Source: Paragordius varius (lineage: Eukaryota > Animalia > Nematomorpha). From it: a stretch of 64,000 nucleotides of DNA. The stretch covers positions 5,332,001 through 5,396,000 of the forward strand of contig OZ176051.1 of assembly GCA_964247055.1 (NCBI GenBank), read 5' to 3'. A program made the translations under genes and the position numbers. The notes beneath the pieces were generated by a model. That model was not told the DNA's origin and did no database searches. It saw only the letters and a program-made list of their open reading frames with translations. Below are positions 1 through 11,700 of this stretch, piece by piece. Position 1 is the stretch's first letter, and each line of letters begins with the position of its first letter.

Positions 1-626
1 TCAATAGTTTTAAGTGAATAAAAATATTTTTTAATATTGATATATTGAGACCATTTTTTGACCATATTTTAGAAAAGAAAAACAAGTTAGCATATCATCA
101 ATTCTTTTTAAAAATTGAAATTTTGTTTGGAAAAAATAAAACTATATAAAAATAACTTATTTTGGAGGTGGAACCGGAATCGAACCGGTTCCCAAACGAT
201 TGGAAAAGGAGCCTAGCTAGTTTAAAAAAATTAAAAAATTGAGCTTTGTTGGTTTAGTTCATGTTCGACCCTGAGTTTGTACATGCGAACATACGAAAAA
301 TTAAAGACAGAAATATACAAATATGTGATACAGAGATTATGTGAAATCCAAATATGTTGAGATTTTTAGCACGTGTCATTCAGATTATCATCAGTCGTAA
401 TGGACATGAGTTAACAAAGTAGTTGGGACACTCTAAGTCCGGGATGAACAACTAATTTTAACAAATTTTGATTAAATATTGTAACGCCTTATAATGCTTA
501 AGGATTAGTTTTAAAATATAATGCGAATCTAAACATTTTAAAAAGCAAGGTTCATCTCTTTATAAGTTAGATATCTGATAAGAGGAAAAAAGTGAATATG
601 TATTTGAGGTCAAATTCAAGGTGTAA

Positions 627-2985
627 AATTGGTACTCACCAAAAAAATTTGACGGGCCAAATAAAATATATTTTTTTTGGAGAGCCATGAACCTTATAAT
701 GGTAAATATTTCATAGCTATTTGACACATATGCACATATTTATACTCTAAATCGGCACAATGAATTCGTAATCCCATGTAAATCCAGCTAAAACTCGTTT
801 TGCACCATTTAGTTAAAAATAAAAAATATTTTGATAACAATTTATTTTGATATTAACCAATAAATTTGGTTTTGCCTTATGAAAAGTCAATCTTAATACC
901 TCGACTATATGATCATCGGTTAAGCGATTCTATATGTATTCTTGGCATACTTCATTTTTAAATATGCCGTCCCACACATGTAAATTGAGGAAACAGTTAG
1001 GATAGAGCCGATTTTTTTATATTTTCATATTATTTGGCACATCTTGCCAAAACTCTACATATCTTTCTTCTCTACGATTCTAATTTAAAGCCTCTAAATT
1101 GAAATCATTTTTAAAATCTACAAATTCTTCAATGATATGCGCCTGATCAAAACCGAAATGCTCAAGTTACTTGATATTGGATATATCCATATGCCATGGA
1201 TTTTCAACGAGTTTTAAGCAATTTTTAATATTTCTTAATTCTTGAAATATAAATTTCATTTCATTAGATAAAAATGTTGAATGATTGTCTATTATTCTCC
1301 GCGATAAATTCCATATTTTCTTCATGAATCGTTTTAAGTGTTGGAAAATATAGGACTGTTTTATTTATAAAATCCTGTTTGTTATATTATAAATTTTCTT
1401 TAAAAGCAATTATTTGATTAGTAAATTGGGTTATTATTTTACCTTGACTTGCATAAAAAATAAGTTCATAAGTAATGACGCAAAGGTAGGCTAATACCCA
1501 CCATTTATCGTTATTAATTTCCTCGTCAAACTTTCTGTTATAATTTATAATTAATAGAATTTCATGTCTTAAAACAAAAAATCTATTTAATACTTTGCTA
1601 AGCTTAACCAACTCACAGCGGTGTACAAAAGAATATATTAAACTCACTTTGGATATCTTTCAGAAAGTTTTTGAATTCACGACAGTTGAATTCTCTGCCA
1701 CGGATGTGGTTAACTATATCCACAACCGTTTTAATTACTGAATTGGGTGATTCATCTTTTACACGCGAAACCAAGTTTTGCTGATTTATAAAGCAGTTAA
1801 AGGATAAAATATTTTTCAAATTATATTTGTTTTTCAAAAGAGAAATAAATTCTTTGTTTATTCGAATCATAGAAGCCATCTGTGTAGATCGAAACCAATT
1901 TTTTCATAGATATACCATTATTATCGAAAAAAGTACTAATTATTGAGAAAATCACTTCCTTTCGTGGTATTTCATTGGTAAAAATTTTCAATATTCCTCC
2001 TTGATTTTGTCGTTGCAAAAGAGGCGTTGAACTATCAGTGCTAGAATCAATATCAATACTAAAATATTTGCAGTTTTTCAGAGCCAAATATATTGTTAAA
2101 AATATATTTAGACATATCTTCAATGCGTCGAGCACATGTTGAATCAGAAAGTTGAAGTTTTTTATTTTGCCTCATGATTTGATCTTTATTATGGAATTTA
2201 TCAAATAAAAAAGTGCAACCATTCATTAGACATTCTTTTATTAGTTGGGAATCAGTAAACGGTTTCATATTTTTTCCTGAAATATAGATGTTACAACTTT
2301 TTACTGGGAGAAAGCTATTGACATAAAAGATTTTTCTTTCTGGTATAATTCCTTAATCTTTTTTGGTTTTTTCCTCATGATTTTCTGTATGAAAATGATG
2401 GATTGTAAAATGTCTTTCAATATTGTATTTTTTTATAATTATGTTACAACATTTTTATTTAAAACGACATATAATTTTTCATCCCATTCTTTTTAAAGTA
2501 GCGATTTTCATCGGATAATTTACGTTTTTAGCATTAGATGTCATAATTTGAATTTATGTTTAAATATTATGTAGATTTTTTCAAAAAAAAGAAATTTGAA
2601 TTATGCTATAAAAATAACAGGTCGAAATTTAATGATGTTAGTTTGAAAAATATTTTATGGGAATGAGCTATAAAAAATGATGCAGTATAGCAATGAATAG
2701 AATATTTATATGCAAGTTTGGGTGAAAGGCTTGCTTAAATACAAAAAAGGAATGCAATAAAAATTTTAAAATAGAAAAGAAAATAGAATACAGAAACAGA
2801 AACAACATGTGCCAAAATTTTGAAATCATTTTAATGTAAGGAAATTTTTAGTTTCAAATTGGGTAAAAATTAAAAATTATCAAAAGCAAATCTAAAGATT
2901 AATATTAAAAAAGACGAATATTCGCTTATGTGTATTTTAAAAGTTCATCAATAAAAAAAATAATTTAATGGTCATAGGGCAACGC
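627..2985 (-). mobile_element. Degenerate hAT DNA transposon (Buster/SPIN/Charlie, GTF2IRD2/ZBED5-like transposase), frameshifted
   Basis: Consecutive minus-strand ORF pieces carry family motifs: KPFTDSQLIKECL...LSDSTCARRIEDM (2059-2268), FSIDIDSSTDS and VSIYTDG (1821-2135), CFINQQNL...VIKTVVDIVNHIR (1613-1879), LSKVLNRFFVLRHEI (1387-1647), and dimerisation-like SSIYMCGTAYLKMKYAKN..RLTDDH (~910-990). Both ends match the derivative at 5871-6786. The last terminal bases appear displaced to ~4825-4850. Confidence 0.88.
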
Positions 2986-4820
2986 GAAAACTGTGCATTC
3001 ATACTAAAATATTGTTTACTTGTAAGGCACCAAATTGACGGCTAACGGAAAAAACCGCTATACTATAATATTCACCCTTCATGGGTGTTATTTAAAGCCT
3101 TTATTGAACACTTATGGCTTCTTAAATCTTTTGATAATTAGCTTCAAAATCACGCAATTTTTGTATGGCGTCTCAGTTTTAAACCGGTAGACCCCTACCC
3201 ATAGACCTATATGGAAAAAGCGCTGAGTTAAATTATTTGCCTTATTAGGACAAATATTTGGAATCTCTTTGATTCCATCGTCTCATGGGTTATTCGAAAA
3301 AATACCTCAACAATTAACAATCGTTATATGTTGGCGTATTTTAAAGGCCCCGTAATTAGTGGTTAATATAAAAAACGCCTGACCTTAATTTTATAGTTAC
3401 GGGTAATATTTCAAGCTATTAAGAGCTCATGTGGCTTCTACGGAGATACCGGGAATCATGATTGATTCCATATGCTTCATTAGTTTTTTGAAAAATTGCC
3501 TCAATACTGAAAAATCATTCTAAGGTGGCGCCTTTTTCACGGCGTGAAGGGCCCAATTAACGGCTAATTTAAAAAAACCGCACGACCTAATTTGTCTTGT
3601 TAAGGGTAATATTTTGAGCACCTATTAAACTCATATGGGCTGATAGGTTTTCTGAAAAATAGCCTCAAAAGACACGCTATTTCGATATGACGGGGCATTT
3701 TTAGCGGGTACCCAGCAGCCTATATAAAAAAGCGACTAAAATTTTTGACTTTTTACCGGTATTCAAGCCCTTATTAAACTCATATGGCCTGATTAGCAAA
3801 ATTTGCTTCCAATAAAAAATTTTGCCTATAGGGGAATACCTGGAATTATCATTCATTCCATATGTTTTTAATAGTTTTTGGAGAATGGCCTCAAAACTAA
3901 ATAATAGTTCAAGGTAGTACTACAGGCCCTTATTAAACTTATATGGCCTGATAAGTATTCTGAAAATTAACTCCTAAACAACGCAATTTCGATATGGTGA
4001 CGCAGTTTTAGGCGGGAAAATCCATACCCAGACGCTGATATAAAAAGCGCTTGATTAAAATTTTTGCCTTTTTTCGGATAATACCTGGAATCATGATGGA
4101 TTCCATATGTTTTCATTAGTTTTTAAAAAAATTGCCCCAATACTAAAAAAATCATTCTATGGTGGCGCATTTTGGCGTGAAGGGCCTAAACGGCTAATTT
4201 TAAAGAACCTCACGATCTAATTTTTGCCTTGTTACGAGTAATATTTCAAGCACCTATTAAACTCATATGGCCTGATAGGTTTTCTGAAATTTAGCCCCAA
4301 AGGCACGCTATTTCGATATGACGGGACAGTTTTTAGGGGGTATCTGTTTACCCAGCACCCAATATAAAAAAACGCACGACTAAAATTTTTGCCTTTTGAC
4401 AAATACCTGGAATCCTCATATTTTTACGGTCTCATACTTTGGGCGAAAAATAGATTCAATAAATTGTGGAATTTGTTTTTTTTAAAAAAAATGGCATTTT
4501 ACGGGGGAAACGGGTAAAAATAGAGCCTAAATTAAAAAAGCGAGTCGACTATGTTAGGCGCAATTGAAAAAAATAAATAAAAAAACATATTTGAAATCAA
4601 ATGGTTTAACACATTTTCCGGAAAATTGTATCAAAGACACGATTTTTGTGGACTTCTCAAAAAAACCGTTTTTTACCCTGGCTGGGCCCGAACTAGCGTC
4701 TAATTCAAAAAAGGCGAAGCTATTGTCGGGGCATTCATTTATAATTATATTTATTCGACATTTGGATTTGAATGGGTCTACTAGTTTTTCGGAAACAGAT
4801 CACAAAGCCAATATTTCCCA
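2986..4820. repeat. Unclassified modular repeat (~315/630 bp periodicity) apparently inserted in the hAT terminus
   Basis: Motif c(t/a)atttcgatatg recurs at ~3677, ~3984 and ~4308. Blocks such as cctattaaactcatatgg(g/c)ctgataggttttctgaaa and ggaatcatga..gattccatatg recur ~630 bp apart. No ORF with recognisable motifs. Confidence 0.65.
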
Positions 4821-4881
4821 TTTTTATAAAAGCGCAAGCGGCCCGCGTTAAGCAAACTTAATTGAAGTGTGGAAAGTACAA

Positions 4882-5066
4882 TATGAGTAAGTATACATTG
4901 CTAGTTTTCCATAAATTATGACCAAATAGCATGTTCAGCAAAGAAAAATATTATTCGTTTAAATGTATTTTTTTTCACTTTCCATCATTAGTCAAAAATA
5001 ATTCTGTTTGCTGTAAACCCTATCTGGAAATATTTAATAAAAAGCCAGCAATAATACTTACTCATA
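4882..5066. mobile_element. Possible small MITE
   Basis: Perfect 13-bp inverted repeat tatgagtaagtat (4882-4894) / atacttactcata (5054-5066). No second copy seen in the window. Confidence 0.3.
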
Positions 5067-5408
5067 CTGCATTTCATATCTCACCACTCAGTATATCACT
5101 ATAAAGCATAATAATACAAATAACTCAATTTGATGTGATATATACTATTTTTTTGTTTAGAAATTATCCGTAAAGGCTCATCACAGAAAGAAGGGAATTA
5201 TTAACGGTCGGTAATCAACAAGCCACTAATCCGTTTCAAATCAGGATTTACGTTAAGGAAAAATATAAATATCTTAGTGATTAATTATTTGTTTAATATT
5301 GGTCCAAGGAATACTTTCATAGTTGAATCAAATTTTTGAAACTAGATTAGTTTTGTAATATTGTGGCAACAAAAAAATAACGTTTGATGTAAAAATTAAC
5401 CTATAAAA

Positions 5409-5638
5409 CAGGGGTTTCCAACACGAGGCTGTCCAAAATATTTCTGCTGCACGCGAGATAAATGTAAAATTTTACGAAATCCAAAAAAATTATTTTCATA
5501 AACAAATTCGAATTTAGGCAATAAACTAGCAAAAAACATTAAAATTTAACAGTGTATCTAAAATCTAATAAAATATTTGTTAATGCCCATATATTTTCCA
5601 AATGCAGCCCACGAAGTCATTTGTGTTGGACACACTTG
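5409..5638. mobile_element. hAT-type MITE (~230 bp)
   Basis: Imperfect TIRs caggggtttccaac / gttggacacacttg. The 8-bp flanks ctataaaa and atctagaa both have TA at positions 4-5 (Buster-like) but match only 5/8. Confidence 0.55.
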
Positions 5639-5870
5639 ATCTAGAAAACGAATTATTTGGAGTAAAAACTGGCAATTGATTTCAGTTTCAGTTCCAATTC
5701 AGTTTCTGATAAAGAAAATTTTTCGGTTGGTAATAATTTCCGTTCATATTTTTAAAATAAGACCAGCTTAACTTAATGTAAATAAATAGCCAAACAATAT
5801 AAAATTATAAAACAACAAAACTGTATTCAGTGCCAATGTTTTGAAAATTCAAAAATCATATATTTTATGA

Positions 5871-6786
5871 CAGTGGTACACAAACCGCGGCCCGCGGGCC
5901 GCATGCGGCTTTAAGAGTGCTTTAAAATTGCCCTATGACCATCTTGATACTTAAATTATTTTTATTATTGATGAATTTTTAAAATACACATAAACGAATT
6001 ATCGCGTATTTTAATATTAATTTATTTTCTTTAGATTTTATTTTGGCAATTTATTCCAATTTGAAATGTACAAAACTTCCCTACATAAAAATGATTTCCA
6101 AATTTTGGCACACTAGTTTCTGTATTCTATTTTCTTTTCTATTTTGAAATTTTTATTGCATTAAGCCATCCACCCAAACTTGCATATCCATATTTTCATT
6201 GCTATCCTGCATCATAAGATGAAATTCCGATTTAGAATTAAGAAATTAAAAATTGCTTAAAACTCGTTGAAAATCAATGGCATATGGAATTTCCAATATT
6301 AAGCAACTTGAGCATTTGGGTTTTACCAGGCTATCATTGAAGAATTTGTAATATTTCAAAAATGATTCCAATTTGGAGGCAATATTCAAGAAAAATAGTA
6401 GAAAAAATATGTAGAGTTTTGGCAAGTTGGGTCAAATAAATAAGAAAACAAAAAAATGTGCTCAAGTATCCTAACTGTTTTCCCTCAAATTACACGTGTG
6501 AGACGGCATATTCAAAAATGAATGCCAAGAATAATACAATCGCTTAATTAAGATTGGCCTGTCATGAGGTGAAACCAAATGGTTAATATAAAAATATATG
6601 TTGTTTTCAAAATATTATAATTTTTTAACTAAATGGTGCAAAACAAGTTTTTAGCTGGATTTACATGCGATTCACAAAAAACTCATTGTGCTAATTTAAA
6701 ATAGTTATGGAATATTTGCCATTATAAGCATCCTTCGAAAAAAAATTTTTATTTGGCCCGTCAAATTTTCTATGTAAGTACCACTG
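5871..6786 (+). mobile_element. Non-autonomous internal-deletion derivative of the hAT element at 627-2985, in opposite orientation
   Basis: TIRs cagtggtac (5871) / gtaccactg (6786); subterminal gcggcccgcgggccgcatgcggc; flanks ttttatga / ttatatgg (6/8, nnnTAnnn). 5930-6215 is the reverse complement of ~2680-2985 and 6220-6786 of ~627-1260. Confidence 0.85.
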
Positions 6787-7089
6787 TTATATGGAACAAA
6801 ATAGAAAAGCTTTTAAATTTTAATTTATATGAATAATAAAAATCATGCCGACGTTTCAGAAAGAGGAGTTACTGTTAAAAATTGATCAATTCAAATTTTT
6901 AAAACAGATGCATTATATAAAAATCATAATATCTGCAATGTGTTATCTATGATAAGATAATACAGAGAAGTATGGAACTGCTCTTGATATACTAGAAAAA
7001 AATATTGTGTTTAAAAATTAAAAAATTATATTATTTGCTTTCAAGATACATATTAAAAAAATGAAACCTATCAATATATCAAAAATTTA

Positions 7090-7517
<428 letters not shown>

Positions 7518-7607
7518 TTATTTACACATGTTAACTAAATTATGTTCGCCAATTAATAAATAACGGGCATCAAAAATTTATTAATTTATTTATATATAAA
7601 TAGCAAT

Positions 7608-8651
7608 TTAGAAATTTATTTTTTGTGTTTTTGCTAGTTTCAATATTTCATCTCCCCCTTTGCTAATTAAATCTTTGGCTAAGTTTATTCCGGCTCTTTC
7701 AGCTGAGCAGGACATGTGGTAGAAATTAGGGTAACCATCAAAGGTCAAATTTTCAGCGCTATATATTCCGGTTATCATGCAATTTGATTGATTAGGAAGG
7801 ACAGTTGAAACACTTAAATCGGTCGAGTTCTGAGATTCCAGATAATGAGAACCGTTTAAATCACACACCATACATTTGATAGTTAGTTTGCAACACATAT
7901 CAAAGTGAGATCTTATCCCAATAGGTGCTGAACAACCACCCTCTATGTGCTTTAAAAAGCTACGTTCAGCCAAAGCTTGTAGATAGGTTTCGGGATCTAT
8001 AAGAGTCTGGAAAATATTTATCATATCATCGCGAGTTTCCAGAAACTCAACAGCTAGTATTCCTTGTCCAACTGCATAAAAATAATCATTTTGATCTAAC
8101 ACCAGTGAAATATGATCAAGCCAATTCAAACGCGACAAACCAGCATATGCCAGTATAAGGGCATCATATAACCCTTCCTGCAATTTTCGAATGCGGGTAT
8201 TTAAATTTCCTCGAATATTTTTGATTATTAAATGCGGATATTTACGCTTTATTTGAGCTATTCTACGCAACGAGCTGGTACCAACTATTGCATTTACAGG
8301 TAATTGACTGATATTAATTAAGCTTTTATCTCGAAATATAACGACATCGTTTGGATTTACGCGTGGTGTTACAGGAAAGATAATTAAAGATTGTGGTAAT
8401 TGTGTTGGCAAATCTTTGAGGGAATGTATAACAAAATCTACGGAATGATCTAATAATGCGTTTTCAAGTTCTTTGGTAAAAACAGCTTTTTCTCCCAAAA
8501 ATGGTAATCCAACATCCAAATTATGGTCACCGAAGGTGTCAATTTTAACAATGTCAACTTCAACATCAAACTTTTCTTGAATACGTTTTACAACATATTC
8601 TGTTTGAGTACAGGCTAATTGGCTCTTTCTTGTTCCAACTTTGTATTTCAT
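7608..8651 (-). CDS. HMBS: Porphobilinogen deaminase (hydroxymethylbilane synthase), single exon
   Basis: Uninterrupted ORF from ATG 8651 (MKYKVGTRKSQLA) with FTKELENAL, HSLKDLPT, VGTSSLRRIAQ, RGNLNTRIRKL, AVGQG and the cofactor-binding EGGCSAPIG. Confidence 0.97.
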   Translation of the reverse strand: MKYKVGTRKSQLACTQTEYVVKRIQEKFDVEVDIVKIDTFGDHNLDVGLPFLGEKAVFTKELENALLDHSVDFVIHSLKDLPTQLPQSLIIFPVTPRVNPNDVVIFRDKSLINISQLPVNAIVGTSSLRRIAQIKRKYPHLIIKNIRGNLNTRIRKLQEGLYDALILAYAGLSRLNWLDHISLVLDQNDYFYAVGQGILAVEFLETRDDMINIFQTLIDPETYLQALAERSFLKHIEGGCSAPIGIRSHFDMCCKLTIKCMVCDLNGSHYLESQNSTDLSVSTVLPNQSNCMITGIYSAENLTFDGYPNFYHMSCSAERAGINLAKDLISKGGDEILKLAKTQKINF

Positions 8652-8763
8652 AGAATAGATTTGGCATTGTTCAAAGATAGCGTGCGGGACATACGATGAA
8701 AGGTTCAAAAGCACATGGAAAAAAATAAAAGTTTTTTGAAAAATTATTTTAGAGCCACGATAT
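8652..8763. promoter_or_regulatory. Putative bidirectional promoter between HMBS and UBA3
   Basis: Only 112 nt separate the divergent start codons (8651 minus, 8764 plus). Inferred from geometry; no motif identified. Confidence 0.5.
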
Positions 8764-11700
8764 ATGGATCAATCTTCTATCAAAAAATTACTTATTCATG
8801 GTTCGATTTTTCAAAGTAAGGATTTTGAAATGGGTAATCAGGTAAAACCATAAAATATTTTTAGAATATTGAATTTTTGCATACGGTTTGTAAAGTTTTG
8901 GTGATTGGAGCTGGTGGTTTGGGATGTGAAATTCTAAAAAATCTCGTAAAGATAAATTAATATTAGTGCACCTTAGAATTTCGGCAAATTGATTTAATAG
9001 ATATGGATACGATTGAGTTAACCAATTTGAATAGACAGTTTTTATTTCGGTAAGCTATGCATATATCTTTTAGAGAAGAAGACATTGGAAAATCCAAAGC
9101 TCAAGTGGCTTCCAATTATTTTCGCTCACATAAACCATATTGCCAAATCAACCCCTATTTTAACAAAATTCAAGATTTTGATTCTTCATTCTACAAAAGT
9201 TAATTTTCTATAAATTTGTAGAATATCATGTAATTGTTTGCGGCTTAGATTCGATTGTAGCAAGGCGATGGATTAACAATATGATTGTATGCTAATTTAA
9301 ATAGTTTTTGCATGGCAGTTTTTTTCTATAAACAAAATCAACTAAATTTTGACGTTATGAAGTTTTTTCAATCATGAAATTTTTTAACGCTATATCATTG
9401 CGTTTTTTTTATTTTATTATGCGATTTGTGTGTACAAAAATATGTACAAATTTTATTATGCGGACGTTTGATGTTTACCCCCTAAAAATTGCTTTTTAAA
9501 AGTGTAATCGTAATAATAAATTTCGTTGCGGTAAAGTACCTTTTAAGCATTTCATTTTTTAAGTTAAATTTTAGATCGTATAATATTTGCTAAGTATGAA
9601 AATATATTAATTTTCCAACACATTTAATAGCTCAGTTTGGTAGAATATGATTCTGACGGTAACGTAAATCCCCAAACTATAATACCCTTAGTTGATGGAG
9701 GGACCGAAGGCCTCAAAGGCAATTTGAGACTAATAATACCTGGAATGACGGCTTGTCTTGACTGTACTCTGGATTTATATCCACCTCAAGTAATTATTTT
9801 ATAAGTTAAAGCAAAAAATTTTTTTTAAAGTTTTTGCCAGATTTATAATCCTTTTGTCCGTTTGGCATAATTATTTTCAAGTTAATTCCATGATTGTGTC
9901 GTTATGGCGTGATCATCAGATAATAACATCTCCAAAGGGCACCCCGTTCTTATTTCTTAAATGGCCGCATCTATTATTTTTAGGACTGATTGGATGGGAA
10001 ATATTTCTAACGACATTTTATCGGTGTATTTTTATAAATTATTTAGTTATATCATTTGTATAATAAGTCATCTATTCCTTATAACGCAGTGCCAATTGGA
10101 TAATGGAACATGAAACGCAACACGTTCAAGATCCACAAATACATGGTATAGTTGGTGGTTCTTTAAGTATTTTTCTTTTCGTCAACGTCTGAGCACACAA
10201 ACCAAGGATCGATTGTGCTATGTTTGGTCGGAATGCCCAATGATGTGTATCTATGGTTATAACATTTCCCTTTGTTATAATAATGGATGCGGGCACCTAT
10301 GGGCCGTGTTATTTGCTGAATAGCTGTCATAATGAAACAATCATGGGAAATAATTTTGCAAAATGGAAAAAAATGCGTCTGGACTAACGTGTATAATGAT
10401 TATTAGCCCCACAAAAACAAAAATAATCACAACAAAATGAAACACCCAGCTGCTCCATTTGCAGGAAACAAGAACATTTAAATTCTAATAAATCTATAAA
10501 TAGGCAAAATGACAAATTCAATAAATTTAAGATGTAAAATTGTTAGTAATAACTCTAGCTGCTAAAGTTAATCAACATTGATTGTGATATATCATAATGG
10601 TGGACTCTTTAACTAAGAGATGTTATATCATCTCAAGCCAGCCTGCAAAACTCTATAAACGGATACAGTGAGTCTATTAAAATACGTTTGTTAAAATAAC
10701 CGTGTTAACAATTTTAAATGGTATCTACTACAGAATCAAAATAATACCTAACTTATAATTCTGAAACCTGGGCATTAAACAAAACAAATCAAACAAAACT
10801 CCAAAATAGTGAAAACCAAATATTTAAAAGATGCTTCCATACATTAGAAATAACAACTAATAACCGATGACTTTGATTGCTTCCTTCAAACTTATATTGC
10901 GCTTGGAGTCGCAATCCACCCTTTAAAATGTTTGAAAACATTAAAGTTGCTGGCAAAAGAGATAAAGACGCTTTTTTTTCTTACAGTAATATAAAAATAG
11001 ATTGGAACTTACGTAGCCTTATAACACAACCATGTAAACAAATCAGGAGTGTCAACACGCTTTTTGCAGTACGCAAAAGTACTCTATACTAAATGTTAAA
11101 AAAATAAAAAAATGGATTTAATTAAAATTTACGATTATTTATAAAATATATCATCCAAAATTGAGCTCATAATAAATAAATAAATTATTTAATCAGCCTA
11201 CGAAATATCTGTTTTCAACACCCCTTATGTAGACGATTATATTGGCGGAAATTATTTTATAGCAGGAATACTGATCAGGCCAGACTTTTGCCTATCTTTT
11301 TGAGTGTATACTCGTTTTTAAACAGTTTTCTTTCTTGTATTTTAAATTGCCTTCGAAAGGAGCACATTGGTAAAAGACGGAGTTAATAAAATATAATTTG
11401 TATTTTCATAAAATTAAAAATTATATATTCTATTATGGAGTGAATTCTTATCAACCCCTTTTAATGGGTATTATTGATTCATTATTAATTATTTTATATG
11501 ATACGTGTCATATATTTAACTTTGTTATACATTGCATGTTCTTCTCTAATGTTTTAAATAAACTATACGTTTTCACGATATGTTTTATAATGAATTATTC
11601 TTTGCATATAAAATAATTTTGCTAGATTAACTTTCCTTTATGTACTATCGCTAATCGCCCTCGCCTACCAGAACACTGTATTGAATATGTCCGTTTAATT

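Noticed and set aside
161-222. tRNA-like T-arm and 3' end on the minus strand (accggttcgattccggttccacctcca); faint U2 snRNA-like words on the plus strand
   Set aside because: No matching 5' acceptor strand, D-arm or anticodon stem, and the conserved U2 5' region is absent. It is just an 8-bp hairpin.
4564-4851. 95-aa plus-strand ORF
   Set aside because: TTG start, no motifs, and it lies inside a repeat insertion.
7608-8714. HMBS as a bacterial horizontal transfer, and the longer ORF start at 8714
   Set aside because: The animal-type domain-3 insertion is present and composition is host-like. The 8714 start is a TTG; homology begins at ATG 8651.
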